This document shows positions 23,242 through 38,900 of a stretch of DNA of 64,000 nt, piece after piece. Every line of letters begins with the position of its first letter. Position 1 is the stretch's first letter. This stretch comes from the human T2T-CHM13v2.0 reference genome, Homo sapiens: assembly GCF_009914755.1 (NCBI RefSeq), contig NC_060941.1; one strand, 5' to 3'. Position numbers and translations under genes: made by a program. Below the pieces are notes generated by a model, which was not told where the DNA came from, ran no database searches, and saw only the letters and a program-made list of their open reading frames with translations.

Positions 23242-26200
23242 TTAGCATAAAGATTGATCATAAGCCTCCTGGTTCTGGAGCCATGGACCAGACACCATGG
23301 GGAGACATGATGAAAAAGAAGATATAATTTGTGTGCTTGAAACAAAAGTTAATGAGTGCTTACCACCTGCCTGGCAGTCCTGCATTCAGGGTGCAGTTCT
23401 CCCCTCATCCTGAGTTTTTGGTACCTTCTGTAGTTTCATTTTGTAGTAGAGAATGCTGAGCCTCACAATATGTGGTCACTCAGCTGCATAGTGGAGTTTA
23501 GATTGGAGCTCAGATGTGTGTGACTTAAACATCACCCTCTGCCTTGAGTCCTCCACTCCAGGGTCCCAGAGCTGCTGAGCATTCTGGGGTTGGTCAGCTC
23601 TAACCTTGGTGGCATGCATTGAGCAACTCTCCATATTTTGGAGTCTTAATGTATTCTTAGCCTTAGTGATGGCAAGGACCCTGCTTTGGGAGACCTGGGT
23701 TCTAGTTCCAGTTCTGTCCCAAACTTGCTGTGTGATCTTTGTCTTTCTGAGCCCAGTATTTGCATCTGCACAATAGGACACAAGCACTAATTTTCATAGC
23801 CTCATAGGGTTGTTGCAGAGGTCAGAGAAGAGAAGAGACATATGAATATTTGTAGATTGTAGAGTGTTTTGTTTAGGTGAAGGGCTGTCAGATCCTGATA
23901 ACCCTCTGGAATGAAGATGTCAGAAATTGTAAACCTTCAATGCCCAGAGAGGTGGAGTGACTCTTCCAAGGTCACATAGCTAGTCAGAGACAGACCTAGG
24001 GGAAAAAAGAAGAGAAACATGGATTCTAACTTGGGCTCTGTCTCTAACTGCCTGGGATACTGCTCAAGCTCCTTCCCTCTCTGGGCCTCAGTTACCTTGT
24101 TAGTACAATATGTGAGACAGGATGAGGGGATGGAAGATGGAGGGAGGGACCTGCTAGAGCTCACCTCTACGGCCCAGGCTTGGGAATCCCCAGAACCCCC
24201 ATATTGTCCTTTACACCTGGGTGGCTGTACTCAAGGGCTCAGGGAGGGGGGACTCCTGTGGCCCTGGACTCCCTAGCCATTCCCCTTCTGTGGGCCCACC
24301 CTAGGCTGTCAGCGTGTTAGGTGCTGGAATGGTCTGAGCTGGTTTGTAGTCATTTCCGAGGCAGTTTATGGTCGCCTCACCTCTGTCCATGCCATGTCCT
24401 GAGCAGAGGCCCCAGAGAGAAGAAGTCCTGGGGGCCAGAGCCACCCGTGTCACCACTAGCCATGGTAGTCCTCTTCCCCGTGAGGAGGGTGCACCCTGGG
24501 AGATGGCATCGGGTGGAACGAAGCATCTGTCCTGACCTCCCTGTTAACCAGAGGTGGCTCTGGGGCTCTGGGCAGGGATACAGGAGTGGCAGTGGGAAGC
24601 AAAGTGGAGGAGGAAATATTGCTGGATACTAATGAGTCACAGTTGATAGATTCATGTCTTCATGTGCTGTGGAGGCAGTGTGGTGGGGTGCAGATGGCGT
24701 ATGTTTTGGTGACCTACAGGCTTACATTCAAATAGCTGTTACCTCATGTTCCACATCTGTGACCTTGGCAGGGGAAGCTCCTCAACCCCGAACCTTGCAT
24801 AGCTGAGTGGGAGAAACCAGAAGGGTCTTGTGTTGTCGGGGACCTGGCATCATGCCTGGCACAGAGAGTTTGCAAAATCTTCATTCTCAAGATTGGCATT
24901 TGTAGCTCTAGGGGATACACACAGAGGTCTCTGTATGTATGGGCAGTTACATGTGGATAGGTGTGGGTCGGTTTGTGTGTGTGGGAGTGCATGTTTCAGG
25001 GACACAGGCTATTCAAACCAGCACAAGTTGACTCTAATAAGGGAAGGGAGGAAAGCGCATGGTAAACCAGGAAGACGCTCTAGAGATGAGGCTTCCGGCA
25101 CCCCTCATGGCCTCTTGGTGCCTGTGCCATTGTAGCCTTCGGTGCTCATGCATGTCCTACCCTCAGGGTCCTCCCTTGGACCTCAGTGCCTGGCCTGTGG
25201 AAAGCTTCAGTAAATGGGGAAACATAAATATAAGGGAATATAACTAGCTAATTAGGGTAATTAAGTGAGGAGTAGCCATTTCCAACATACATTAAGCTGT
25301 CCCTGATTTTTAGGGGCTGGAGGTCTAGTGAGAGAGACAATTTGCTGCATGATGGGGAAGAAGTAGGATTCACAGAGAAGGTGAGTTTGGCTTTGTAGGT
25401 TAAGTAGAAATTCACCAGGCAGAGAAGATGTAGGAAGACACTTCAGGAAGAAGAGCAACAGGATCAAAGCCATGTGGTGAAAGGAGAAGGCAAGTGGGTC
25501 AGCAATGCTACTAGAGGGGGAGGAGAACAAGTCAAGGTGGAAATGGAGGGGCCTTAGCTCCTCAGTGCCTGGGGTGTCATGCTAAGAAATTTGGATCTTA
25601 CCCTTTAGTTGATAGGACAAGGGAGGGGCATGACCAGGTTTGCAGTTTGAGAAAATTATCAGGCTGATATCTGGAAAGAGGAAGGTCTGGGGCAGCGAGA
25701 CCAATGGGAGGCTTCTCTGCTCAGGTGAGAGATGGTGGTCATCTGGATTAGGGAGAATTTGAACCCAAGGCTGTAGAAACTGAGAAGACAGTTCCAGTTT
25801 ACCATATGTGGAGTACCTGCTGTGGCTGGCAGGGCACCAGCACTTCTACCCAGGTTATTTCATTAAAATTCTAAAGTAGACCTGGTCAGCTCTGGAAGCC
25901 ACCTGGGCCTCAGGCATGAGAGAGGAGAAGGAATTGGGGCAAATCTAGTGGGTGGGTGCAGCTGGAGATGCTGAGCCTGTTACCAAAGATGGGACAGGAA
26001 AGTGGGGAGCAGGGAAAGGAGTGGAAGGGAGAGTGAGGCCTTTCCCTGCCTGGCTGAAGCCCTTACCCATAAGCCTCCCATTCCTCATTCCTGCCAGATC
26101 TGCTGGACCCAGGACCAGGACCCTGGTTGGTGTTAAAGGTTCTGTCTCCCCTGTGGGCCTCCCTCCCTCTGCTTCTTCCTTCTGAGGATTGCTCAGTGTT

Positions 26201-26416
26201 CTGCCTAACCATAAATCTGACGGCATACTCTCCTGCTGATAAATCTTCAAGGATGCCTCTGATTCTGGGCAAAGCCTGAGCTTCTTAGTTTTATGTTCTG
26301 GGGGTCTGCATTCTTTGATATCCCCTCCCCAGCTTCAACTCTGCCTTTTCCTCCTCATCAAAGTACATGTATTTTAATATGCTACCTCCTCTCCTTTTCC
26401 TCCAAGATTTTCATAA

Positions 26417-26936
26417 TTGTGGTTGTGATGATGATGATGATGGTGAGGATGGTGATGGTGAAGGTGGTGATAATGATAGTGATAGTTAAGTTGAGGATGA
26501 TGGTGAGGATGGTGAAGGTGGTGATAATGATAGTGATAGTTAAGTTGAGGATGATGGTGAGGATAGTGATGGTGATAATGATGGTGATGGTGAGGAAGAT
26601 GACGGTGAAGGTGGTGATAATGATAGTGATAGTTATGCTGAGGATGATGGTGATGATGATGATGATGCTGAGAATGGTGAAGGTGAGTATGGTGATGGTG
26701 ATGATAAGGATGGTGATGGTGAGGTGATAATAATGGTGATGGTCTGGATGGTGATGGTGAAAATGGTGACGGTGATAATGATGATGATGGTGATGGTGAG
26801 GATGGTGATGGTGGAGTTGGGGATGATAGTGATAATTATGGTGAGGATGCTGCTGCTGATGCTGGTGAGAATGGTGAGGGTGAGACTGATGATGATAATG
26901 AGGATGGTGATGGTGAGTATGGGGATGGTGATGATG
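26417..26936. repeat. Compound (GAT/GGT)n trinucleotide low-complexity repeat
   Basis: About 520 bp of GAT/GGT/GAG/AAT triplets. It generates the spurious M/V-rich and H/I/T-rich ORFs. Confidence 0.95.
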
Positions 26937-26989
26937 CACCCCTTGATTTGGCAATTCGACATCTGAGAATTGTTCATTTCTTCTAGGGT

Positions 26990-27110
26990 TTTTTTTGAGT
27001 CAAGACTTCCCTACGTTACCCAGGCAGGCCATGAACTACTGGCCACTAGTGATCTTCCCACTTTGGCCTCCTGAGTAGCTGTGATTACAGGCATGAACAG
27101 TGGTGCCTGG
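26990..27110 (-). mobile_element. Alu monomer fragment (FLAM/FRAM-like)
   Basis: T-run followed by GTTACCCAGGC...GTGATCTTCCCACTTTGGCCTCCTGAGTAGCTGTGATTACAGGCATGA. Confidence 0.75.
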
Positions 27111-27629
27111 TTTTATCTTAGGAATTTATCCTGAGGATATAATCAGACAAGTGTGCCAAGCGGTACTTAGAGAAGGGTATTTATTGTTGCATTGATGATA
27201 GTAGGTAAGATGTGGGAAGAATGTAAATGTCCAGCAATAAGAGATTGGCCAAATAATTGTGCTACAGCTAGGCAAGGGGCTGGCTTATGGCCATTCAGGA
27301 CACAGACCCTCCTGATTGAGTCAAACCTCCTGTCACTGCTCTCACACACCTCCCTCCTTTTCAGCACAAATTACCATCATAATTTTACATTTCTTTGTGA
27401 ACCTCTTTGATGACTTTCTGTATCCCTCATTAGTTGCCAAGCTCCATGGAGGCAAGGAGTATACTATGCTCATTATTGTGTCTTCCGTACCAAGTTAAGT
27501 TCCTGGAACACAGTACACTCTCAATAATTTGTTGTTAAATGAATGACTGAGTCCATATTTCTTAGTATGGAAAGATGTTTGAAATATGCAATTAAGAGAA
27601 AGAGCAGATTATAAAACAGCATGCATGCT

Positions 27630-28105
27630 GTAGTACACACTGCAAATTCCCTCCTTTCTTGATCTTCTTTGGGGGACCAAATGTGCACTCTCAGTCAATA
27701 AATTATGATTGCCCCTTGCCTAGCTGTAGCACAAAGTCAATCATGACAATGCTATTCTCTGATGCTAGGGTTGGTCATGAGATCAGGTTCTGGCCAATCT
27801 AAACACAGATTTCCAGACCTAAAGAGAAATCCTCTGGTGGTCACCTCAGAAGTTCTTGCTTTTCTAATAAAAATGTAGAAGTGACTGCTTTTGCTGGCCT
27901 TGGAAACACTTGTAGTGGTTGGAGCTGCAGCAACCATCTTACAGCCATGAGCTAAATTCCAATAGACTCACAAAGATGCTGGGCCTAACATTGTTGAACC
28001 AGTGCACCATAGCCAGGGACCATAGATACTCTAACTATGTAAGAAAAATGAACCTGTATTTGTTTAGGTGACTGAACTTTCAGATTAACGCACTCCCAAC
28101 AGATA
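27630..28105. mobile_element. Ancient MaLR LTR (MLT1-type)
   Basis: MLT1-like motifs GGTCATGAGATCAGGTTCTGGCCAAT and GGTTGGAGCTGCAGCAACCATCTTACAGCCATGAG. Confidence 0.6.
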
Positions 28106-30049
28106 CAGAGCATGATCCCATATATACCTGTATGTGCAAGTATGAATAGAAAAATAATTAAAGTGATTATCTCTGTGTGGTAGGATTCTCCTTCATATTT
28201 TTTATTTTATAAAGTTTTCCCAAACGGCGTGTAAATAATAATCAAACACATATTTCTGTACATTCAGAAAATAAACAATGGTACTAATTTTATTTTTTAA
28301 AAATAAACAAAATATTGGGGCTCCAGAAGGTAGTTCACTACCATATGATAAGTTAATTAGCCACAACCGAGAAGAACACTTGTGGGTTTCCTGGATGACA
28401 GGTTCGGCAGCAGTGAGAGGTCCCCTCCAGAACAGTATGTGGTTCCAAACTCCTGAGGGCAGCGGGGCAGACCCCAGGGAAGTAGATGAGAAGCTGAGTG
28501 AGGCTCTGTGGGGAGAGAGGATGTTCCTCAGCCCTCACAAGGACATGTCAGTTTCACTTGAGATTAGGCCCTGGCCTTGGCTGGGCAGCATGCTAGGCAG
28601 GTTCTCAGCAGCATGGGGTGATAACAGGACGAGGGGAAGCCTGGCATGCTGGGGCAGCTCTGGGGTCCTCAGGTGGGGCTGTCTCGGGCAGCAACTCTGT
28701 TGGCTGTAAACACAGATTTCTAGGAGGCAGAGCATTGCAATCTCTCCCACCATAAACCTGGACCATCAGGGACGTTTCCATAGCAGCATCAACACCAGTG
28801 AGGAATCGGGACGCAATCTGTAATCCCCTATCCCACTTTTCCTTTTCTCTTAGAATGGGACAGAGCAGCCTCGAGCAGCTAGTGTCCTGTAGTGACTCCA
28901 GTTTGCTGCTCTCTTCCTTATCTTCTTCCTCCTGCCCTCTGCCTCCTCTGCATTCTTCACCTTCTACATCAGGAAGCTCAAGTCACCAAGCTAAGCCTGG
29001 GCTTCTCATCTAAATCACGGAGTGCCAGTCAATGCCTCCCTTCCTCTTCCCAGGGAGCAACTTCAATCTTCCCTGCTTGCAGTGAGGAGCTAGACCCTAC
29101 TCCTTTTTCCCTGTGGGACCATCCACAGCCTGTTTCCTCACCCCTGTAATGGGACTGCAGTCCTCCCTGCCCATCTGGCAGTGCTAATTCCAGGCCAGGG
29201 GCCCTCCTGGGAAAATCACCAGTGTGGGTGATATGGTGAGTGTTTGTGTGTGTGGAGGGGTGGGGCTGCCCTCTGACCATTTACAGACCCTGTCCTTCCT
29301 CTCTCCCCATGCTTGTCGCATGTCAGGAATCCCTCTCCTTTGTGCCATGAAATAGAAGGCATTTTCAGATCCATCATCTCATTGAGACTTGCATCTCCTT
29401 GGTGAAGTTGGAGTTATTGTCACCATTTTACTGATGAGTAAAATGAGTCTCAGAAAGGGGAAAGTCGTTGCCCAGGGTTCCGCTGTGGACTTATAGTGGA
29501 GCTGGGATTAGGATGCGTGTTCTGGATTCCTGGCGGGGTCCTGGCCCATTTGCAGCTAAGGCCTGTCTTTCTGCTCCCATGAGGTCCCTTTTCCATTCCT
29601 TTCCTCCCCATGACAACCACTGTCACCACCACCCAGAGCCTGTGCTCACTGTCACACCACCCTTCGCTGACCCCTGCATCTTGGTTGGATCCCACCATGT
29701 CCATCAGACAGATTTTCCTCAATGGTGGTTGGGCTCCAAATCTACCCTCCCCAGACTGACACAAATTGCACTACAGGGGGCCCCAACTGTAGGCGTTTCT
29801 GGTCTAGAGAGGGAGATGGTCCCATAGAAATGTCAACATCACTTGGTAGAGGAGAGTGGAAGCACAGGAGAAAGTTCAGGAAGTGACATCAGGAGGAGGT
29901 GGCCCTTGAGTTGGGTCTTGAGGGATGTGTAAGAGTTACCAGGTGAGGAATGCTGGGAAGGGAATTCCAGGAGGAAAGAGCAGCATTCTCCAAGGCTCAG
30001 ACTGGTGTGGTCACTGCAGGGTAGAGCTAGGTGACCTGGACCCCTTGAG

Positions 30050-30255
30050 ACAGTGCTCCCCTTTTAGGAGGACATCTGCAGTTCCCATACTTTGGGCTGT
30101 CTCAGAATCCCCCAGAGATCTTGGGAAATTCCTGGGTCCAGTTCCCAGGGATTCTGGTCCAGGCAGAGGAATCTGCACTTCTCACAGGCAGGGGCTGTGA
30201 CCTCGCCCCACAGTTCTGATGCAGTTGGTCCCCGGATCACTCTTGGAGAAATACA
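30050..30255. mobile_element. MER5-like hAT DNA transposon fragment
   Basis: CAGAATCCCCCAG...GGAATCTGCACTTCTCACAGGC...TTCTGATGCAGTTGGTCC...CACTCTTGGAGAAATAC. Confidence 0.55.
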
Positions 30256-30423
30256 AGCAGGACTGAGAGGCTTTGACCCAAGCACTGTGCAGGGGGTGGG
30301 ATGGGGATAGATGTGGAATGGGCCAGAGGAATAGTGGTTAGATCTATACCCTCCTGTATGACCCTGTCTAAAATATGGCTCTCCCATCCCCCTCTCCCAC
30401 TGACACATTCTATCCTCCTTCAC

Positions 30424-30570
30424 TTTTCCTTTATTTTATTTTACTTTTTGTAGATACAGGGTCTCCCTATGTTATCCAGACAGGTCTCAAATTCCTGACC
30501 TCAACCATCCTCACATCTCGGCCTCCCAAAGCACTAGGATTACAGGCATGAAGCATCATGCTCTCGTCAC
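30424..30570 (-). mobile_element. Alu left monomer (FLAM_C/AluJ-like)
   Basis: T-rich tail followed by TTTTTGTAGATACAGGGTCTCCCTATGTT...CTCGGCCTCCCAAAGCACTAGGATTACAGGCATGA. Confidence 0.8.
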
Positions 30571-31174
30571 CAACTCACATGCTGACCATTTGACTAGTTC
30601 AGTTATTACCTGTTTTACTCTATTAGCATGAGGGCTACATGAGGAAAGGGACTTTATGTATGTCATTCACTGCTGTAGCCAAGCATCTACAATGTGTGAG
30701 TTCATGGAAGCTTTTTATGTTTTGGTTTGTAATTTTAATTTTGGGAAGCAGAAGATATCTGATTGGACTCAGTGGCTGACAGGAAAAGGAAGAACAGTCC
30801 TGGTGTGCACAAGAGTGACAGGGAGACCTAGATGGAGAGATGTCAGAGGACAGTTCCTGGAAGAGGCTGACGGAAAGGTAAGGCAACTGGGGAGGGTCTC
30901 TCTGGACATCAATTCCTTTGAAGCTGGCAGGGAGGGAGGAAGTGCATGGGTGGAGAGGAATGCCTGAAGAAGACCTCCTTGGCTTCCATATTCTTCATGA
31001 AGTGACAGGTGAGGGGTTTCCTTGGAAGAGAGGGTAGGAGGGGAACAAGTGTAGGCTGGTGATGGTGGGCCAGGAGCAGTGCCCCAGGGTGAAGGGGTGA
31101 ATGCATTACTGAGGCTGGACTCTGGTCATGACCCTTGCCTTGGCCTCAAGATTCATTAAAAACCAGACTCCTCC

Positions 31175-31250
31175 AGTGAGCTTAGATCATGCCACTGCAC
31201 TCCAGCCTGGAGACAGAGTGAGACTCCATCTCAAAAACAAAAACAAAAAA
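31175..31250 (+). mobile_element. 5'-truncated Alu 3' fragment
   Basis: AGTGAGC..AGATCATGCCACTGCACTCCAGCCTGG..ACAGAGTGAGACTCCATCTC plus an A-tail. Confidence 0.85.
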
Positions 31251-31955
31251 CCAGCCTCCAGTCCCAATGTGCCCAGCTGGACCATGTGCTGCTTCCTGGA
31301 TGTGCCACCATCACAACTGGAACACAAATCCTGAGTCACCGCCTCTAGAAAGCCTACCTGGATTGAGTGCCCATCTGAGTGGGCTCCTGCAGCACCTGGT
31401 CTGTCCCTACTATGTGACTTGCATCTGCCTGCCTCTTATCACAGGTGCCTGTGGTTTTACCTTCCTCAGTGTGGGCTGTTGAGGACTGGGCCAGGCTGAT
31501 CCATCTTAGGGGCTACAGCAGGTGCCAGCAATGGCTGGGCTTTGTCAGGCCTGGGCAATAGGCAGGCCTGTTTCTCATGCTAGGCACTGGGTGCCCTTTG
31601 TGGGCCCAACTGGGCATGGCCACTGCTTCTGAGTGTCCCGAAGATTCCTGGGAGAGGCCTGGTTATCTTGGGCTGACCCTCACTCCCCAGTTCCTTCCTC
31701 CCTCTGTCCCTTGCCGAAACCCTTTTGCATGTCCTCAAAATCCTGCTCCAGCACCAGCAGCCCCCTGGTTTTCAGCAGCCTCAGGGAACTCTTCCTTTTG
31801 TTCCTTGCTGTGAGTAAGAGGCCCAATCCCCTGAGGACACTGCTCCCTTGCTGTCCTCTGCTGCAGCCCTTCCCTGGGCCTGAGCAGGGTAGATCCTCCT
31901 TGCTTCTCATTGCCTCCCTCTTTCAGCTCATCATACTTCTCTCCCATATAAAGAC

Positions 31956-32555
31956 ATTCATGTGCCACGAAATGATGTTTCGGTCAACATAGACCACATG
32001 TGCAATGGTGGACCCATGAAACTATAATGGAGCTGAAAGACACCTACTGCTTAGCCCAGTGACATAACAAGTGTAATATTATGGCAGAGTTACTTTAAAA
32101 ATATATTTATTAAAAAAGATTTATAATACTATAGAAAAAGAAATATATATCTCGTAGTGTAGCCTAAGCTTCCAGTGTTTATAAAATCTATAATAGTGCA
32201 CAGTCATGCCCTATGACTTCACCTTCACTCACCACTCACTGATTCACCCAGAGAAGTTTCCAGCCCTGCACGTTGCATCAATCATAAGTGTCCTAGACCA
32301 GTGCACCATGTCTAGGTACCATACTATATTTTTATATAGTGCAATACTCTGTTTTTACTGTACCTTTCATGATATGTTTAGATGTACAAGTACTGACAAT
32401 TGTGCTACAACTGCCAACAGTATTCACTGCAGTAAACTGTGCCCAGGTGTGCAGCCTGAGAGCAGTAGGCTGTGCCATAGAGCCTAGGTGTGCGGTAGGT
32501 ACAATATTCAGATGTGTGTAAGCACACTCTGTGAAGTTTGCACAAAGAAAATTTA
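31956..32555. mobile_element. Tigger3 (MER7)-family DNA transposon derivative
   Basis: TGTTTCGGTCAAC..GACCACAT..ATGGTGG.CCCAT..TATAATGGAGCTGAAA, TTTTACTGTACCTTT, AGCCTAGGTGTG and GTGTAAG.ACACTCT motifs, in the order recalled for Tigger3. Confidence 0.75.
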
Positions 32556-33723
32556 CCAAAGGAGATGGTGACACATGAAGGGAATCAATATTGAAGCTCT
32601 TGCTCTCAGATTGCACCCAGGACCACATCCCTATTCACTGAAGACTTAGCTCCCAGTTCATGGGCACTTTCTCCTGTGGGGAGGATGCCAACATGCACAT
32701 ACAGAGCCCTTCTCATGCTCTGGCTCTTGGTCCCTCCACCTCTAGAGACATTGTCTGCACCCTCCCTGAGTCACCCACTCCTACCTGTATATTCTTGACC
32801 ATATCACTGCAGAAACTGTAGCTACTCCAGACCCTGAATTTAAAACACCCTTTTTTTGACCAACCACTTTCCTTTTTCCAGCTGCCTCCCAACTCCAACA
32901 CACTTCAATGACTCCAAATTTTCACTTTGTGTCTTACTCACCTTCTTTCAAATTTCCCCTCCTCCCAGCTGAGACTATATGGTCCAGCCTGTCATCCATC
33001 CTCTTAACACTCTCCACTCTCTTGCCCCACTATTGATTGTACTCCCAGGGCAAAACCACACTCCCCTGAAACCCAGCCACACACTCCCTCTGCTCCTGCA
33101 CTCAGGTGGCTGAGCACAGCCAGAGAGAAACACACGTGCCTTCTGGTCTCAATTAATCATCAAGCCCAAACATCCAGTGGACCATGGATGCTGTCCTAAA
33201 AAACTCACTCATCTCCTGAGTCCTTAAGTCTTTATTTGTTATTTTAATAAAAACATACGTAATATGTGTAAAATATTCTGCATATATGATTATATATGTA
33301 ATTGTATAGATATAATTCACATAATTATATAAAAATGTATATCATATTCTTCACATAAAAACTAGACAGAAGGTTTCTGAGAAACTTCTTCGTGATGTGC
33401 ACATTAATCAAATAGATTTGAACCATTCTTTTTATTCAGCAGTTTGGAAACAGACTTTTTGTAGAATCTGCAAAGAGATATTTGTGAGTGCTTTGAGACC
33501 TATGGTGAAAAAGGAAATGTCTTCACATAAAAACTAGAAAGAAGCTTTCTGAGAAGCTTCTTTGTGATGAGTGCATTCACCTCACAGAGTTGAACCATTC
33601 TTTTGCTTGAGCAGTTTGGAAACAGTCTTTTTGTTGAATCTGCAAGAGGATATTTGTGAGGCCTTTGAGGCCTATTGTTGAAAAAGGAACTATCTTCACA
33701 TAAAAACTAGACAGAAAGTTTCT

Positions 33724-35990
<2,267 letters not shown>

Positions 35991-38900
35991 TGAGAAACAG
36001 ATTTGAGATTTCTGCATTCACCTCACAGAGTCAAACACTTCTTCTCCTGGAGCAGATTGGAAATTCTGTTCTTGTAGAATCTGCAATGGTTTATTTGTCA
36101 GTGCTTTGAGGCCTATGGTGAAAAAGGAAATATCTTCACATAAGAACTAGAACGATGCTTTCTGAAAAAAATTCCTTGTGATGTGTGCATTCATCTAAAA
36201 GAGTTGAACTCTTCTTTTCACTGAGCAGTTTAGAAACAGTCTTTTTGTGGAATCCAAACAGGGATGTTTTTGAGCGATTTGAGGCCTATGATGAAATAGG
36301 AAATATCTTCACTTAAAAACTAAACAGAAGGTTTCTGACAAACAGCTTTGTGATGTGTGCATTCATCTCACAGAGGTAAACGTTTCTTTTCATTGAGCAG
36401 ATTGGAAAATCTGTTCTTGTAGAATCCGCAAAGGGATATTTGTGAGTGCTTTGAGACCTATTGTGGAAAAGGAAATATCTCCACATAAAAACTAGACAGA
36501 AGTTTTCTGAGAACGTTCTTTTTGATATGGATATTCAGGTCACAGTGTTGAAATTTCTTTTGATTGAGCAGTTTAGAAAGAGTGTTTTTGTAGAGTTTGA
36601 AAAGGGATATTTTTGAGCGCACTGAGGCCTAAGGTGAAAAAGGAAATATATTCTACTAAAAACTAGACAGAAGCTTTCTGAGAAACTTCTTTGTGATTTG
36701 TGCATTAATCTCACAGAGTTGAACCTTTGCAAAGGGATATTGGTGAGCGATTTGAGTCCTGTGGTGAAAAAGTAAGTATCTTCATATGAAAACTGGACAG
36801 AGGATTTCTGAGAAACATGTTTGTGATGTTTGCATTCATCTCACGAGCTGAACCTTTCTTAAGATTGAGCACTTTGGAAACAGTCTTTTTACAGAATCTG
36901 CAAAGGGATATTTGTGAGTGGTTTGAGGCCTATGGTGAAAATAGAAATATCTTCACATTAAAACTAGACAAAATCTTTCTGAGAAACTTCTTTGTGATGT
37001 GTGCATTCATCTCACAGAGCTCAACCTTTCTACTGATTGAGCAGTTTGGATACAGTCTTTTTGTGGAATCTGCAATGGATAAATGTGAGCGCTTTGAGGC
37101 CTATGATGAAAAAGGAAATATCTTCACATAAAAACTAGACAGAAGATTTCTGAGAAACTTATTTGTGATGTGTGCATTCATCGCACAGAGTTGAACCTTC
37201 CTTTTTATTGAACAGTTTGTAAACAGTCTTTTTGTAGAATCTGCAAAGGCATATTTGTGAGCACTTTGAGGCCTATGCTGAAAAATATCTTCACATAAAA
37301 ACTAGACAGAAGACTTCTGAGAAACTTCTTTATGATGTGCGCTTTCATTTCTCAGAGTTGAACTTTTCTGTTGATTGAGCAGTTTGCAAACAGTCTTTTT
37401 GTAGAATCTGCAAAGGGATATTTGTGAGCCCTTTGAGGCCTATTGTTGAAAAGGAAATATCTTCACATAAAAAGTAGACAGAATGTTTCTGAGAAACTGC
37501 TTTGTGATGTGTGCATTCATCTCACAGAAGTAAACGTTTCTTTTCATTGAGCAGATTGGATACTCTGTTCTTGTAGAATCTGCAAAGGGATATTTGTGAG
37601 CCCTTTGAGGCCTATTGTTGAAAAGGAAATATCTTCACATAAAAAGTAGACAGAATGTTTCTGAGAAACTGCTTTGTGATGTGTGCATTCATCTCACAGA
37701 AGTAAACGTTTCTTTTCATTGAGCAGATTGGATACTCTGTTCTTGTAGAATCTGCAAAGGGATATTTGTGAGCGATTTAAGGCCTATGGTGAAAAAGGAA
37801 ATGTCTTCTCATAAAATTTAGACAGAAGCTTTCTGAGAAACTATTGGTGATGTGTGCATTCATCTCAAAGAGCTGAATCTTTCTTTTGAGTGAGCATTTT
37901 GGAAAAAGTCTTTTGGTAGTATCTGCAGAGGGATATTGCAAGTGCTTTGAGGCCTATGGTGAAAAAGGAAATATCTTCACATAAAAACCAGACAGAAGCT
38001 TTCTGAGAAACTTCTTTGTGATGTGTGCATTCATCTCAAAGAGTTGAATCTTTCTTTTGAGTGAGCATTTTGGAAAAAGTCTTTTGGTAGTATCTGCAGA
38101 GGGATATTGTGAGCGCTTTGAGGCCTATGGTGAAAAAGGAAATATCTTCACATAAAAACCAGACAGGAGCTTTCTGAGAAACTTCTTTGTGATGTGTGCA
38201 TTTATCCCACAGAGGTAATGCTTTCTTTCCATTGAGCAGATTGGAAACTCTATTCTTGTAGAATCTGCAAAGTGGTATTTGTGAGCCCTTTGAGGCCTAC
38301 GGTGAAAAAGGAAATATCTTCACATAAAAACTAGACAGAAAGTTTCTGGGAAACTACTTTGCGATGTGTGCATTCATCTCACAGATGTAAATGTATCTTT
38401 TCATTGAGCAGACTGGAAACTCCATTCTTGTAGAATCTGCAAAGGGATATTTGTGAGCTCCTTGAGGCCTAAGATGAAAAAGGAAATATCTTCACGTAAA
38501 AACTAGAGAGAAGCACGCTGAGAAAGTTCTTTGTAATGTGTGCATTCATCTCACAGAGTTGACATTTTCTTTTGATTGAGCAGTTTGGAAACAGTCTTTT
38601 TGTGGATTCTGCAAATGGATATTCGGAGTGCTTTGAGGCCTATGTTGAAAAAGGTAATAGCTTCAGGTAAAAAACAGGTAGAAGCTTTCTGCGAAACTTC
38701 TTTGTGATGTGTACATTCATCTCACAGAGTTGGAAATTTCTTTTGATTGAGCCCTTTGGAAACAGTCTTTTTGTAGAATCTGCAAAGGCATATTTGTGAG
38801 TGCTTTGGGGCCTATGGTGAAAGACCAAATATCTTCACACAAGAACTAGACTGAATTTTCTGAGAAACATCTTCGTGATGTGTGCATTCACCTCACAGAG

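Larger units (their letters stand above)
21360..33230 (+). other. Duplicated euchromatin-like genomic segment, apparently from the BSND locus (upstream region, exon 1, intronic DNA)
   Basis: GC-richer DNA full of ancient MIR/L2/MLT/MER/Tigger fragments, unlike the satellite around it. It contains a BSND exon-1 homolog with its splice donor. Whether the whole segment derives from BSND is inference. Confidence 0.65.

Noticed and set aside
26293-26977. His-rich and Met/Val-rich ORFs suggesting a metal-binding or membrane protein
   Set aside because: All frames are open only because the GAT/GGT repeat lacks stop codons.
28400-30900. Search for the middle BSND exons
   Set aside because: No convincing match was found by eye. 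The weak similarities near 29620-29680 are not supportable without alignment.
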